Shown here in pieces: positions 8,050 to 17,593 of a stretch of 45,635 nt of DNA (its first letter is position 1; the number at the start of each line of letters is the position of its first letter). The position numbers were made by a program, and so were the translations under genes. The stretch comes from Oricola sp. Its GTDB lineage: Bacteria > Pseudomonadota > Alphaproteobacteria > Rhizobiales > Rhizobiaceae. The stretch lies in assembly GCA_049288075.1 (NCBI GenBank), contig JBAQHA010000523.1:1-45635 (forward strand). The letters are read 5' to 3'. The notes under the pieces were generated by a model. That model was not told where the DNA came from and ran no database searches. It saw only the letters and a list, made by a program, of their open reading frames with translations.

Positions 8050-9921
8050 CTATTTGGCCGAGGCGTGATTACGCAGCATTCTGGCGATCGCGTCCGGCCA
8101 GATCGGTCTGCTGAAGTGATAGCCCTGAATTTCGTCGCAGTTCTGGCCGCGCAGAAACGCGAGTTGTTCGCCGGTCTCCACGCCTTCCGCTATGACGCGC
8201 ATGTTCAATTTCTGGCCGAGAGATATGACCGCACTGGCGATGTTCCGGTCATTGGCGTTGTTCGGAATATCACGGACAAAGGCGCTGTCGATCTTGAGGC
8301 GCGCGACGGGGAAGTTTTTCAATGCGCTCAGGCTCGAATATCCCGTCCCGAAATCATCAATCGCGAAGTGCACTCCCCGCGACTGCAACTTCTGCATGGT
8401 GGCGATCGCCTTCGGGACGTCTTGCATCAGCATGCTCTCGGTCAGTTCCAGCTCCAGGTAATGCGAGTCCATTCCTGTTTCGCGCAGGATATCCGTTACC
8501 CTGTCGACCCAATCCTTGTCCCGGAACTGGCGTGCAGATACGTTTACGCAGACCGTGATCGGGGCGATTCCCTGATCCTGCCAGGCCTTGTTCTGCCGGC
8601 AGGCTTCGCGCAGCACCCAATCGCCCAGCGGGACGATCAGGCCGCTTTCTTCCGCCAGATCGATGAACTTGACGGGCTGCACTTCTCCGAGCACGGGATG
8701 GTTCCACCGCAGCAAGGCCTCAACGGCGAAAATCCTTCCTGTCGCAAGGTCAACTTGCGGCTGGTACTTGATGGCAAATTCCTGGTTCACCAAGGCGCTT
8801 CGCAAGCTCTCCTGCAATAGCCGACGCTCGCGTGCCGCATCGTCCATCCCCTTGGTGAAGAACTGATAGCTGTCACGGCCGTTTCCCTTGGCTTCGTACA
8901 TCGCCAGATCGGCGCTTGCCAAAAGAGACTCGGCATTGTCGCCATCTCCCGGGTAGGATGCGACACCAATGCTGCAGGTCACCCGAAACGACTGTCCGTC
9001 GATGGAGATCGGTTCGGCGATCGCCGTCCGCAATTTATCCAGAACGGCCTTGGTGGCGGCCTTGGAATCTCCCGGATCAACCAGCAGGATCACGAATTCG
9101 TCACCGCCGAGCCGCGCCACGGTGTCGCCGGCGCGCACGCTTGCGACCATGCGCTCGGCCACGGTCTTCAGGAGCGCATCTCCGGCGCTGTGACCCAAAT
9201 TGTCATTGATATATTTGAAGTTGTCGAGATCGATGAAGAGCGCCGCAAATCCCGCGCCGCTACGCCCGGCCTGCAGGATACTCTGCGTCATCCGATCGAG
9301 AAGCAGGTTCCGGTTCGGAAGCCCGGTCAGCGAATCATGCAGCGCCATGAAGTTCATCTGCAACTCTGCGCGCTTCCGATCGGTTATATCGCGGCAGACG
9401 CCGACGAGTCCGATGATTTCGCCGTTTTCATTGCGCAACGGCATTTTGGACGTCAGGAACCATTTTTCCTTGCCGGTGATATCGATCAGGCGCTCTTCGA
9501 TGTCGATAATTGCCTCGCCCGAACTGAGAACCCTTTGCTCGTCCGAGCGGAATTTGCGCGCAATCTCTTGATCGTGAAGGTCGAAATCGGTCTTGCCGAT
9601 GAGTTCGGCGGGCTGACGTCCGAGATCGGCGGCGACCGCGCGGTTAGCGATGACGAAGCGGCTTTCGGTGTCCTTGACGAACAGGTAGTCGGGAACCCGG
9701 TCGATCATCGCGCGAAACAACGGCCAATCCGCCTCCAACAAGTGCTTGGGATTCGGGCCGGGACCGATCCGGCTTGCGGCGTCAACCTGCACCTTCGCGT
9801 TGGCCGCCAGAAGCCGATTCATCGGGGCATCAGGTGCCTCATGGATCGCGTTCGCGGTTTGGCCGGATTCCTCGATAGTATTTCCGGCTTTCTCGGGCAT
9901 CATGCGCCGTCTCTTCACCAT
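8050..9921 (-). CDS. PAS-GGDEF-EAL c-di-GMP cyclase/phosphodiesterase
   Basis: PAS/PAC domain, HDSLTGLPNR, RAGD-x5-GGDEF, VEALLRW, IDDFGTGYSSL, AEGVE, QGYHF. Exact start Met uncertain. Confidence 0.93.
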   Translation of the reverse strand: MVKRRRMMPEKAGNTIEESGQTANAIHEAPDAPMNRLLAANAKVQVDAASRIGPGPNPKHLLEADWPLFRAMIDRVPDYLFVKDTESRFVIANRAVAADLGRQPAELIGKTDFDLHDQEIARKFRSDEQRVLSSGEAIIDIEERLIDITGKEKWFLTSKMPLRNENGEIIGLVGVCRDITDRKRAELQMNFMALHDSLTGLPNRNLLLDRMTQSILQAGRSGAGFAALFIDLDNFKYINDNLGHSAGDALLKTVAERMVASVRAGDTVARLGGDEFVILLVDPGDSKAATKAVLDKLRTAIAEPISIDGQSFRVTCSIGVASYPGDGDNAESLLASADLAMYEAKGNGRDSYQFFTKGMDDAARERRLLQESLRSALVNQEFAIKYQPQVDLATGRIFAVEALLRWNHPVLGEVQPVKFIDLAEESGLIVPLGDWVLREACRQNKAWQDQGIAPITVCVNVSARQFRDKDWVDRVTDILRETGMDSHYLELELTESMLMQDVPKAIATMQKLQSRGVHFAIDDFGTGYSSLSALKNFPVARLKIDSAFVRDIPNNANDRNIASAVISLGQKLNMRVIAEGVETGEQLAFLRGQNCDEIQGYHFSRPIWPDAIARMLRNHASAK

Positions 9922-10204
9922 GCAGTGAACTCGCGAAATTCAATCCGGGTAAAACTACACGCGAGAGATTTATATTTTGTTAATAAATAGTATTTCCATT
10001 TCAACCAGTTCATTTGAAACAGTTATTCGCGGCAGGTGGCTCCCCGATCGCAGGTTTACGGAGAAATCGTTAGCGCAAAGGTTGGCATCCTATTGTGCCG
10101 ACTACCTTCCGCCCGCGAAAAACGCCGGCGCGATGCCGTCTTCTCTGAATCGCCAAAGTAGCAGACTGCGCGATCGCATGTCCGTGGCGCGGAACGAGGG
10201 GTCG

Positions 10205-11758
10205 CTATTCGGCCGCCTCTTCCGCTTTCCCCGCCGCCAACGCCGCATCCGCATCGCCACCCGCCGTCTGCGCATCGAAATCAGGGAACGCCACGACGCG
10301 CTTTCCGGCCGGGTCCTGATGCAGGACGATCAGGCCCTGTTCCTCGAACCAGTCGAGGAAACGCCGGGCGCGGCGGGTGGAGTGGGTGCCGTAGGCGCGG
10401 GCGATTTCGGCGTCGGAGGGGCAGGGGGCCGAGGTGATGGCGGCATTCGCCAGCATCAGGAAGACGCCCTGCAGATCGTCGGTGACCTGGGACGCCAGCG
10501 AGACTGCCATCCGCCAGGCCTCGCCAGACGCCGTTTCCGCGTCGACGCCGGAACGGGCGATGGCGAGACGCAGGCGGAACTCGGACATGGACAGCGGCGC
10601 GCCCGCGATGCGGCGCATGCGGCCGCGCATCAGGAAATCCTGATAGAGCTCGGAATCGGAGCGGAAGGCGGATTGCGGGCCGGCGGCGATTTCGGCCAGC
10701 GCCTCGTCGATCCACTGCCCGATCTCTTCGGCGTTCAGCGGCGGGCGGCGGCCGGGGGTCTCGGCGCGAGGCCCGGACCCTTGCGGTTCCGCCATATCCG
10801 GTTCGGCTTCCTGGCGGGATACCGCACGGGCGAGATCCTCCATGATGTCGGTCGTCGCTCGCGGCGCGGGCGTCGCCCGGCGCGAGGCCGGCGGACGGGC
10901 GAAATCCTCCGGGGCGGGGGTGAAGATCAGGTCCTCGACGTCTACCGGCTTGTCAGGTAGCGGCACCAGCTTCGGGCTCGAAGAGCGGGCGCCGGTCTCG
11001 ACCGGGCCGATCGTCACGTTCAACGGGCGGCGCGACAGCGCCGGGCCAAGCGCCACGAAGGAGCCGCGCTTCAGGTCGCGGAACTGCTCGGCCTGGCGGC
11101 GGTCCATGCCGAGGAGATCGGCGGCGCGGGCCATGTCGATGTCAAGGAAGGTGCGGCCCATCAGGAAGTTGGACGCCTCGGCGGCAACGTTCTTGGCCAG
11201 CTTGGCAAGGCGCTGCGTGGCGATTACGCCGGCAAGGCCGCGCTTGCGGCCGCGGCACATCAGGTTGGTCATCGCGCCGAGCGCCGAGCGGCGGGCGTCG
11301 TCTGCGACCTCGCCGGCGGCGGCAGGGGCGAACATCTGCGCCTCGTCGACGACGACCAGGACCGGGAACCAGAATTCGCGGTCGGCGTCGAACAGCGCGT
11401 TCAAAAAGGTTGCGGCGGCGCGCATCTGGTCGTCGATCTCGAGGCCCTCCAGCGTCAGGACGCAGGAGACGCGGTGCTGGCGGATGCGGTTGGCGATGCC
11501 GATCAGTTCGCCCTCGGAGCGGTCGGCGTCGACGACGATGTGGCCGAAGGCGTCGGCCAGGGTGACGAAATCGCCCTCGGGGTCGATCACGACCTGCTGC
11601 ACCCAACTGGCGGATTGTTCGAGCAATCGGCGCAGCAGATGGGATTTGCCGGAGCCGGAATTGCCCTGCACAAGCAGGCGGGTTGCGAGCAGTTCCTCGA
11701 TATCGAGCCTCGCCACGTCATGCGTGGACGTCGTTCCCATATCGATGTCGACTTTCAC
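10205..11758 (-). CDS. HerA/FtsK-superfamily ATPase (DUF87-like) with a C-terminal HTH-like region
   Basis: GNSGSGKS Walker A, VVVDEAQ Walker B, RGRKRG, ATQR. GTG start at 11758 after AGGCAGG. Confidence 0.85.
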   Translation of the reverse strand: MKVDIDMGTTSTHDVARLDIEELLATRLLVQGNSGSGKSHLLRRLLEQSASWVQQVVIDPEGDFVTLADAFGHIVVDADRSEGELIGIANRIRQHRVSCVLTLEGLEIDDQMRAAATFLNALFDADREFWFPVLVVVDEAQMFAPAAAGEVADDARRSALGAMTNLMCRGRKRGLAGVIATQRLAKLAKNVAAEASNFLMGRTFLDIDMARAADLLGMDRRQAEQFRDLKRGSFVALGPALSRRPLNVTIGPVETGARSSSPKLVPLPDKPVDVEDLIFTPAPEDFARPPASRRATPAPRATTDIMEDLARAVSRQEAEPDMAEPQGSGPRAETPGRRPPLNAEEIGQWIDEALAEIAAGPQSAFRSDSELYQDFLMRGRMRRIAGAPLSMSEFRLRLAIARSGVDAETASGEAWRMAVSLASQVTDDLQGVFLMLANAAITSAPCPSDAEIARAYGTHSTRRARRFLDWFEEQGLIVLHQDPAGKRVVAFPDFDAQTAGGDADAALAAGKAEEAAE

Positions 11759-11980
11759 TGGCGTGACCTGCCTTGCGCGAAACGGTTCGAGGAATCGCCG
11801 GCGGAAGGGCCGGATGCCTGCCTGCATAGAGGATTCGAGGGCGGGACGGAAACCTGTTCCGGAAGGTTTTCCAGCGCTCAGGCAGTGGCGGCCTGGCGGC
11901 TCGCTCCGCGAGGGGCGGAGGAAGATGCGCGCGATGCGGGGTCAACCGCACCGCGCGCTGTTCGAATTCGGCAGGGGTTC

Positions 11981-12481
11981 CTAGTCGATGCGGGGATCGT
12001 CCGACGGATCGACATAGACCACATCGAAGGGACCGTAGCCGTTGATCTGCACGACCGTCTCGCCGGCGGCGATGGCGAAGTGCGGCATACCGGCCGGAAG
12101 GTGGACGAAGCTTCCCGCGGGAAGGGGTTTCGCCGCCTCGCGGTCGAGCGTCTCGCCGGACGCGATCCCGAATCCGCCCGAGATGACGGTGACGAGTTCA
12201 TCCTTCGAATGGCGATGCGGAGGGACGACGAATCCCGAGGGGAATTTGAGGCGCAACACGAAGGGCCCTTCCTTCGCGGGGCTGCCGAGCAGGACAGCGG
12301 CCTGCGCACCCGCCGGCAGCGAGGGCGGCGCCGCCCCCCATTGTATTTCTTCCGCGGGCACCACGGTGTGATGCGGCTGCTGATCGTTGCTGGCCATGGC
12401 CGTGGCGGTCAGGATCGTGGCCGCACCGAGAAAGAAGGCCGCGCGGCGCATCAGTGCAAGCGGGGACAAAGAGATTTTCAT
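11981..12481 (-). CDS. Secreted cupin-domain protein (DUF4437-like)
   Basis: Signal peptide ending AMA; cupin motifs PPHRHSKDE and PAGMPHF; AAAGGA RBS. Confidence 0.8.
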   Translation of the reverse strand: MKISLSPLALMRRAAFFLGAATILTATAMASNDQQPHHTVVPAEEIQWGAAPPSLPAGAQAAVLLGSPAKEGPFVLRLKFPSGFVVPPHRHSKDELVTVISGGFGIASGETLDREAAKPLPAGSFVHLPAGMPHFAIAAGETVVQINGYGPFDVVYVDPSDDPRID

Positions 12482-12533
12482 GACTGTTCCTTTCAATTTT
12501 TCAGGATGTTTCAGGAGTTGGGCGCGGGCGGCT

Positions 12534-13406
12534 TTACGAGGCCGCCGCCCGGTCCGGACTTTGCCGCTCGCGGCGGGCAGGATGTGCAAGCGCCGCAGGC
12601 GACGTCTCAACGCCGCGGGCATGGCGGGCGATGAAGCCGGCGACTTCCCGGGCGTGCGTGGCAAGCATGAAATGCGCGGCTCCGTCGACGGTGGCCAGGG
12701 CCACGTTGCCCATAGCCCGAAAGAGCAGCGCGTTCGCGCATTGCATCGCGGGGTGGCTCGCACCGCCGCGAAGGACGAGGACCGGGATGTCCACGGCCGC
12801 GAGCGCGGCCATGGACAGTCCGGAAGCATAGGCGCTCTGCCAGTCCATGATGTTGACCGGCGTGGTCGCCACCGCATAGTCGCGGACCTGCCGGGGCAGG
12901 GACGCGAAGGCGCCCGCGCCGCTGTAGAAGTCGAACATGATGGCGATCGCCTCGGGGTCGCCCGCTTCGTAGGCCGCGAAATAGGCGTTCCTCATCCGCT
13001 GGAAGGCATCGTAGTGCCGGTCTTCTCCGACTTCCCCAAGGAATTCCCCGATCGGGGCCTCGATAACCGTCAGGCTGGCGAGCGCCGCCCGGCCGCGCAG
13101 CGCGACCGCGAGCGCCACCATCCCGCCGAAGGAATGACCGACGAGGTGAACATTCCCGCCCGCCTTGCGGATGACCGCTTCCACCACTTCGGCTTCGCGG
13201 TCCATCGACCTGTCGCTCCCGGTCCGGCGCTCGGCCGTTCCGCCATATCCGAGCAGGCTCGTCGTGACGCAACGAAACTGGCCGTTCCATGCGGCGATGA
13301 CGGGCCGCCAGGCGGCGCCGGTGCTGCAGGATCCGGGCAGCAGCACGATGACCGGGCCGGTTCCCTGCTCGTGGTAGTCTATGCGACCGCGCACGTCTTC
13401 AATCAT
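12534..13406 (-). CDS. Alpha/beta-fold hydrolase
   Basis: GHSFGG nucleophile elbow, LLGYGGT, C-terminal AAHFM. ATG at 13406 after AAGGA; alternative TTG start at 13478. Confidence 0.88.
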   Translation of the reverse strand: MIEDVRGRIDYHEQGTGPVIVLLPGSCSTGAAWRPVIAAWNGQFRCVTTSLLGYGGTAERRTGSDRSMDREAEVVEAVIRKAGGNVHLVGHSFGGMVALAVALRGRAALASLTVIEAPIGEFLGEVGEDRHYDAFQRMRNAYFAAYEAGDPEAIAIMFDFYSGAGAFASLPRQVRDYAVATTPVNIMDWQSAYASGLSMAALAAVDIPVLVLRGGASHPAMQCANALLFRAMGNVALATVDGAAHFMLATHAREVAGFIARHARGVETSPAALAHPARRERQSPDRAAAS

Positions 13407-13474
13407 GGGAAAATCCTTTGCCAATGCCCCTTGCGGTGTGGCCGAGGCCGATGGATGAGGGTGGCGCGCCACCC

Positions 13475-14323
13475 TCAATGCCTGGTGATCACGATCTCGA
13501 GGTAATCGGCAGGCACGACCATGGAGCCGTCGCCGGACCGGTTGAACCGTTCGATCAAAGCGATGAGATCGTCCTGCAGCATCCGCTGCGATGCAGGTTC
13601 CAGCGCGGCGAAGGTCTTGTGGACCGGGCCGTAATACATCCGGAAAATTTCCAGCCAGTGTTCGGGCGAGCGATAGCGGAACGTGAAGACACGCTGCTCC
13701 GAGCTGACGGTCGCCACTTCCGGTCCGAACATTTCAGCGATCCGGGCGTGCCTGCCCCAGAGAGCGGGCGATCTGACGCCGGCGGGCGGCGGCATGTGTT
13801 TCCCGATCGTCTTGAAGAGCTGGCCGATGAAGCCTTCAGGCGTCCAATTCGCGAGGCCGATCCTGCCGCCGCGCCGGGTGACCCGCAGGAGTTCGCCCGC
13901 GGCGCGGTCCTGGTCGGGCGTGAACATCACCCCAAAGGTGGAAACGACGGCATCGAAACTTTCGTCCGGGAAGGGCAGCGCCTCGGCGTCGGCCTCGCGG
14001 AATTCGATGGTCGCGAGGCGTTCCGCCTCGGCGCGCAGCCGGGCGCGCTCGAGCAGGGCGGGGACGTAGTCGGTCGCGACGACATCGCACCAGCGCCGGG
14101 CGGCGGCGAGCGAGACGTTGCCGTTGCCGGCCGCGACATCGAGCACTTTCTGTCCGGCGCGCAGATCGAGCGCCTCGCAGAGTTCCTCGCCGACGATCTG
14201 GAGCGTGGTGCCGACGATCGAGTAATCGCCGGACGACCATGCGGCCTGCTGGCGGTTCTTGATGGTTGCGAGGTCGGGCGCGGCAATCGCGGCCGAGGTG
14301 TTGACGGACATTGCGTGGTTCAT
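13475..14323 (-). CDS. Class I SAM-dependent methyltransferase
   Basis: VLDVAAGNG motif I; ADAEALPFPDESFDAVVSTFGVMF. Confidence 0.92.
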   Translation of the reverse strand: MNHAMSVNTSAAIAAPDLATIKNRQQAAWSSGDYSIVGTTLQIVGEELCEALDLRAGQKVLDVAAGNGNVSLAAARRWCDVVATDYVPALLERARLRAEAERLATIEFREADAEALPFPDESFDAVVSTFGVMFTPDQDRAAGELLRVTRRGGRIGLANWTPEGFIGQLFKTIGKHMPPPAGVRSPALWGRHARIAEMFGPEVATVSSEQRVFTFRYRSPEHWLEIFRMYYGPVHKTFAALEPASQRMLQDDLIALIERFNRSGDGSMVVPADYLEIVITRH

Positions 14324-14434
14324 GGCTGTTTTTCCTGGTTTTGCTGTTGAATGTTGCGGATCAGATCGAAGCGAAGCGGACGACAGGGGCGGCGCGCGAC
14401 TGCTGGAGGCCAGTCGCGCAAACCTCCGTTCGGC

Positions 14435-14833
14435 CTATCTCCGATGGTCGCGAACGAGCGGCCGGGCGGGTTCTCCGGCGCCGAGCGGGGATGGCATGCG
14501 CTTGAGGCTCCGCACGCCGCCTGACGCAGCGTCGTTGCGGTGGTCGCGGATGACAGTCCCGGATTCTGTCCGCTTCGGCGGAGGGGCGCCGCATGCGAGA
14601 CAGACGCAATCGCCTTCGTCGGGGCAGAAAATCTCGTTGCGCCCGTACTTGATGTTCCAGCCTCCGGCCTTGTCGTTCTTCGAAAGTACGCAGGCTCCGC
14701 TTTTCCGGCAGAAATCGACGGCCTGGCTGAAAGTTGTCGCCTGCGCGGGACATGCAGTCCACACAGGACCGACGACCAGCGCGATGGCGATCGGCATGAT
14801 GACAGGTATGCGCATTTGTATTTTCCTGCTCAT
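14435..14833 (-). CDS. Small secreted Cys-rich hypothetical protein with two RDHR motifs
   Basis: Signal-like N-terminus ending AQA; six Cys in the mature part; VIRDHR and LVRDHRR. Co-oriented with its neighbours and fills the gap between them. Confidence 0.6.
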   Translation of the reverse strand: MSRKIQMRIPVIMPIAIALVVGPVWTACPAQATTFSQAVDFCRKSGACVLSKNDKAGGWNIKYGRNEIFCPDEGDCVCLACGAPPPKRTESGTVIRDHRNDAASGGVRSLKRMPSPLGAGEPARPLVRDHRR

Positions 14834-14867
14834 GAGGGAACCGGCTTCAGGCTCTCGCCCTCAGGCG

Positions 14868-15365
14868 TCATCCGCGCTTGCCGTAGAAGGCGTAGTCGGC
14901 GGTGTAGGGGACGCTGAGATAGGCGCCGACGCGGTCGCATGCGCCGACGGCGACACCGCCTCTCGTATTGATGCGCTGTATCGCGGTGACGCCGCTGAGG
15001 AGACCGGTTCCCCGGCTCGAGGAAACGTCCAGTTTCAGCAGCGGAACGTCCTGCGGGGTGGCGGCGGCGGCGCGGGCGGCGACCTTGCCGGTCACGGCGC
15101 TGCTGTCGTTCATCTCCCAGGCGGGGCCGCCATAGTGCCGGCCGACCGTCTTGCCGTCGACGAACAGGGTCGCGATCGGTTCGCGGAACTGCCAGTTCCT
15201 TTCGCCGGTCGTTTCCGGCACGCACTCATAGACCTGGGCGCCGACGGCCTGGACCGTCGCCACGAGCGTCCCTTCGGAAACCGCGATCGGATCAGGCTCC
15301 CCGGCGACAGCCGGAAGCGGCAGGATCGCCAGAGCCAGTAACAAAGAGGTTTGCTTCGAATGCAT
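14868..15365 (-). CDS. Secreted DUF3455-family protein
   Basis: Signal peptide; AVGAQVYEC, W-x-FREPIATL, GRHYGGPAW, IQRINTRGG, VPYTADYAFY; GGAG RBS. Confidence 0.85.
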   Translation of the reverse strand: MHSKQTSLLLALAILPLPAVAGEPDPIAVSEGTLVATVQAVGAQVYECVPETTGERNWQFREPIATLFVDGKTVGRHYGGPAWEMNDSSAVTGKVAARAAAATPQDVPLLKLDVSSSRGTGLLSGVTAIQRINTRGGVAVGACDRVGAYLSVPYTADYAFYGKRG

Positions 15366-15497
15366 CGAATGACTCCATCGGGCATTGGTGATATGCCGTC
15401 GCCTTGCCCGAAGGGTGACGGCAGTTCCGCGCCACAAATGCGCCTCGAACGAAGATCACCGTATCTGCGGACCGTAGGGGCCGGCGTGGGAGCCAGC

Positions 15498-17525
15498 ATG
15501 GGATTCGCCGTGGATTCGGATCATGTGAGGGAATTCCAGGGCGGGCCTTCGCTGCAGGCACGCCTGCTCGGTCCGATGACCATCATCCGCGACGGCGTCG
15601 CGGTGGCGCTGCCGACCTCGCGAAAAGCGCGCGCGCTGTTCGCCTATCTCGCCCTTGCCCCGCAGGCGGTCACACGCAGCCAGCTTTGCGAACTGCTCTG
15701 GGACATACCGAACGACCCGAGGGGAGAGTTGCGCTGGTGCCTCAGCAAGATCAGGGGCCTCGTCGACGGACCGGGCGAGCGGCGCATCGTGACCGAAGGG
15801 GACAGGATACGGATCGACCTGAGCGATGCACTGGTCGACGCGGTCGAGATCGAGCGCGCGATCCGCGAGGGCATCGAGACGCTCCCTCCGGAGCGGATGC
15901 GGGCGATCGAGGCACTGTTTTCCGGGGACTTTCTCGACGGACTGGAAATCGATCGCAGCCCCGCCTTCGGCGGCTGGCTGGTTGCGCAGCGGCGACGTTT
16001 CCGTGGATGTCACATCGCATTGCTGGAGCGCCTAGTCGGGAGCGTGCCCGATGACGAGGCGTCGGCATACCTGGAAAAATGGCTCGGGCTCGCTCCCTTC
16101 GACCGGCGCGTGCACGAGGTCCTGATGAACACGCTTGCCCGGCGCGGCCAGCTTCGCGAAGCCGAAGAGCACCTCGCGGCGACCATCCGGCTGTTCGAGT
16201 CCGAGGGTCTCGACGGCGCATTCCTGCGGTCAGAATGGCAAACGGTGAAATCGAAGCCGGAGAGCCGGCAGCCGGCACAGGCGGCCGGGCCCTGGACACC
16301 AACGGCGCAAGACCCTCCTGGCGACGCGGCCGCCGCAACTGTCTCCCGGCGCGCCTCGATCGCGGTGATGCCTTTCGCCGATACCGCCTCGACCGGGCAT
16401 GGCGGCTCCGCCGACGGCTTCGCGCACGACCTCATCACAAGACTCGCCAAACTGCGGGTATTCTTCGTCATCGCGCAAGGCACGGTTTTCGCGCTGCATG
16501 AACGCCGGATCGGACCGGAAGAAGCCGCCCGGATGCTGAACGTGGACTACGTCGTCAGCGGCTCGCTGCGCAAGCATGGCGACCGGCTGAGGGTTTCCGC
16601 GCAGATCACCGAGACGCGGACGGCGCGGGTCCTGTGGGCCGAGGTTTTCGATCAGAAACCGGATGACACCTTCGAGTTGCTCGACCAGATCGGCGACAGG
16701 ATCGTTGCCTCGATCGCCAGCGAGATCGAGACGGCCGAGCGGAACCGCGCCGTTCTGAAGCCTCCGAACTCGCTCGACACCTGGGAGACCTATCATCTCG
16801 GGCTTTGGCACATGTACCGGTTCAACAAGGCCGACAACGATCGCGCCCAGCAACTCTTCAAGAAAGTGGTCGATCTCGATCCGACTTTCGCGCGCGGGCA
16901 TTCGGGATTGTCCTTCACCCACTTCCAGAATGCGTTCCAGGGGTGGGGCGAGCGGAAGCCGGAAATCGAGCGCGCATATGCGACCGCCGGGCAAGGCCTG
17001 ATGGTGGACGATCGCGATCCCGCCGCGCATTGGGCGATGTGGCGCGCGCTCTGGCTGCGCAACCGCCAGGACCAGTCGATCCTCGAACTGGAGCAGGCGG
17101 TCGACCTCAGCCCCAATTTCGCCCTGGCGCACTACAATCTGTCCTTCGTCCACGCGACGAACAGCGACGCGGCGGCCGCGATATCATCATCCGACTATTC
17201 ACGCGGCCTCAGCCCCTTCGACCCGATGCTCTTCGGCATGCTGGGCGCGCGGGCGATGGCGCTGGTGCGGCTCGAACGGTTCGACGAAGCCGCCGAGTGG
17301 GCCATCAAGGCGGCGGCACGCCCCAACGCGTTCGCGCATATATTCGCGATTGCGGCATATTCGCTGGCGCTTGCCGGCCGGCTCGACGAGGCGCGCAACT
17401 ATCTCGCCTCCGTCGAGACGATGCGGCCGGGCTATCTGGTCGACGAGTTCCTGACCGCAATGCAGCTCGAACCGCACGGCGCGGCGCTTTTCCGCAAAGG
17501 CGCGGAACGCATCGGCAAGGCCTGA
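15498..17525 (+). CDS. SARP-like (wHTH-BTAD) transcriptional regulator with TolB-N-like and TPR domains
   Basis: LLGPMTI...RKARALFAYLAL...LCELLW N-terminus; BTAD-like region (GDFLDGL); SIAVMPF...DYVVSGS domain; C-terminal TPR helices (LDPTFA, LSPNFA). Confidence 0.85.
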   Translation: MGFAVDSDHVREFQGGPSLQARLLGPMTIIRDGVAVALPTSRKARALFAYLALAPQAVTRSQLCELLWDIPNDPRGELRWCLSKIRGLVDGPGERRIVTEGDRIRIDLSDALVDAVEIERAIREGIETLPPERMRAIEALFSGDFLDGLEIDRSPAFGGWLVAQRRRFRGCHIALLERLVGSVPDDEASAYLEKWLGLAPFDRRVHEVLMNTLARRGQLREAEEHLAATIRLFESEGLDGAFLRSEWQTVKSKPESRQPAQAAGPWTPTAQDPPGDAAAATVSRRASIAVMPFADTASTGHGGSADGFAHDLITRLAKLRVFFVIAQGTVFALHERRIGPEEAARMLNVDYVVSGSLRKHGDRLRVSAQITETRTARVLWAEVFDQKPDDTFELLDQIGDRIVASIASEIETAERNRAVLKPPNSLDTWETYHLGLWHMYRFNKADNDRAQQLFKKVVDLDPTFARGHSGLSFTHFQNAFQGWGERKPEIERAYATAGQGLMVDDRDPAAHWAMWRALWLRNRQDQSILELEQAVDLSPNFALAHYNLSFVHATNSDAAAAISSSDYSRGLSPFDPMLFGMLGARAMALVRLERFDEAAEWAIKAAARPNAFAHIFAIAAYSLALAGRLDEARNYLASVETMRPGYLVDEFLTAMQLEPHGAALFRKGAERIGKA

Positions 17526-17593
17526 GGGGCCGTGTCCCGCATCTTCCTTGTGCCTGTGGCGTTGCCGCGCCCGCGCCGTCGCCCTTGCGGCCA

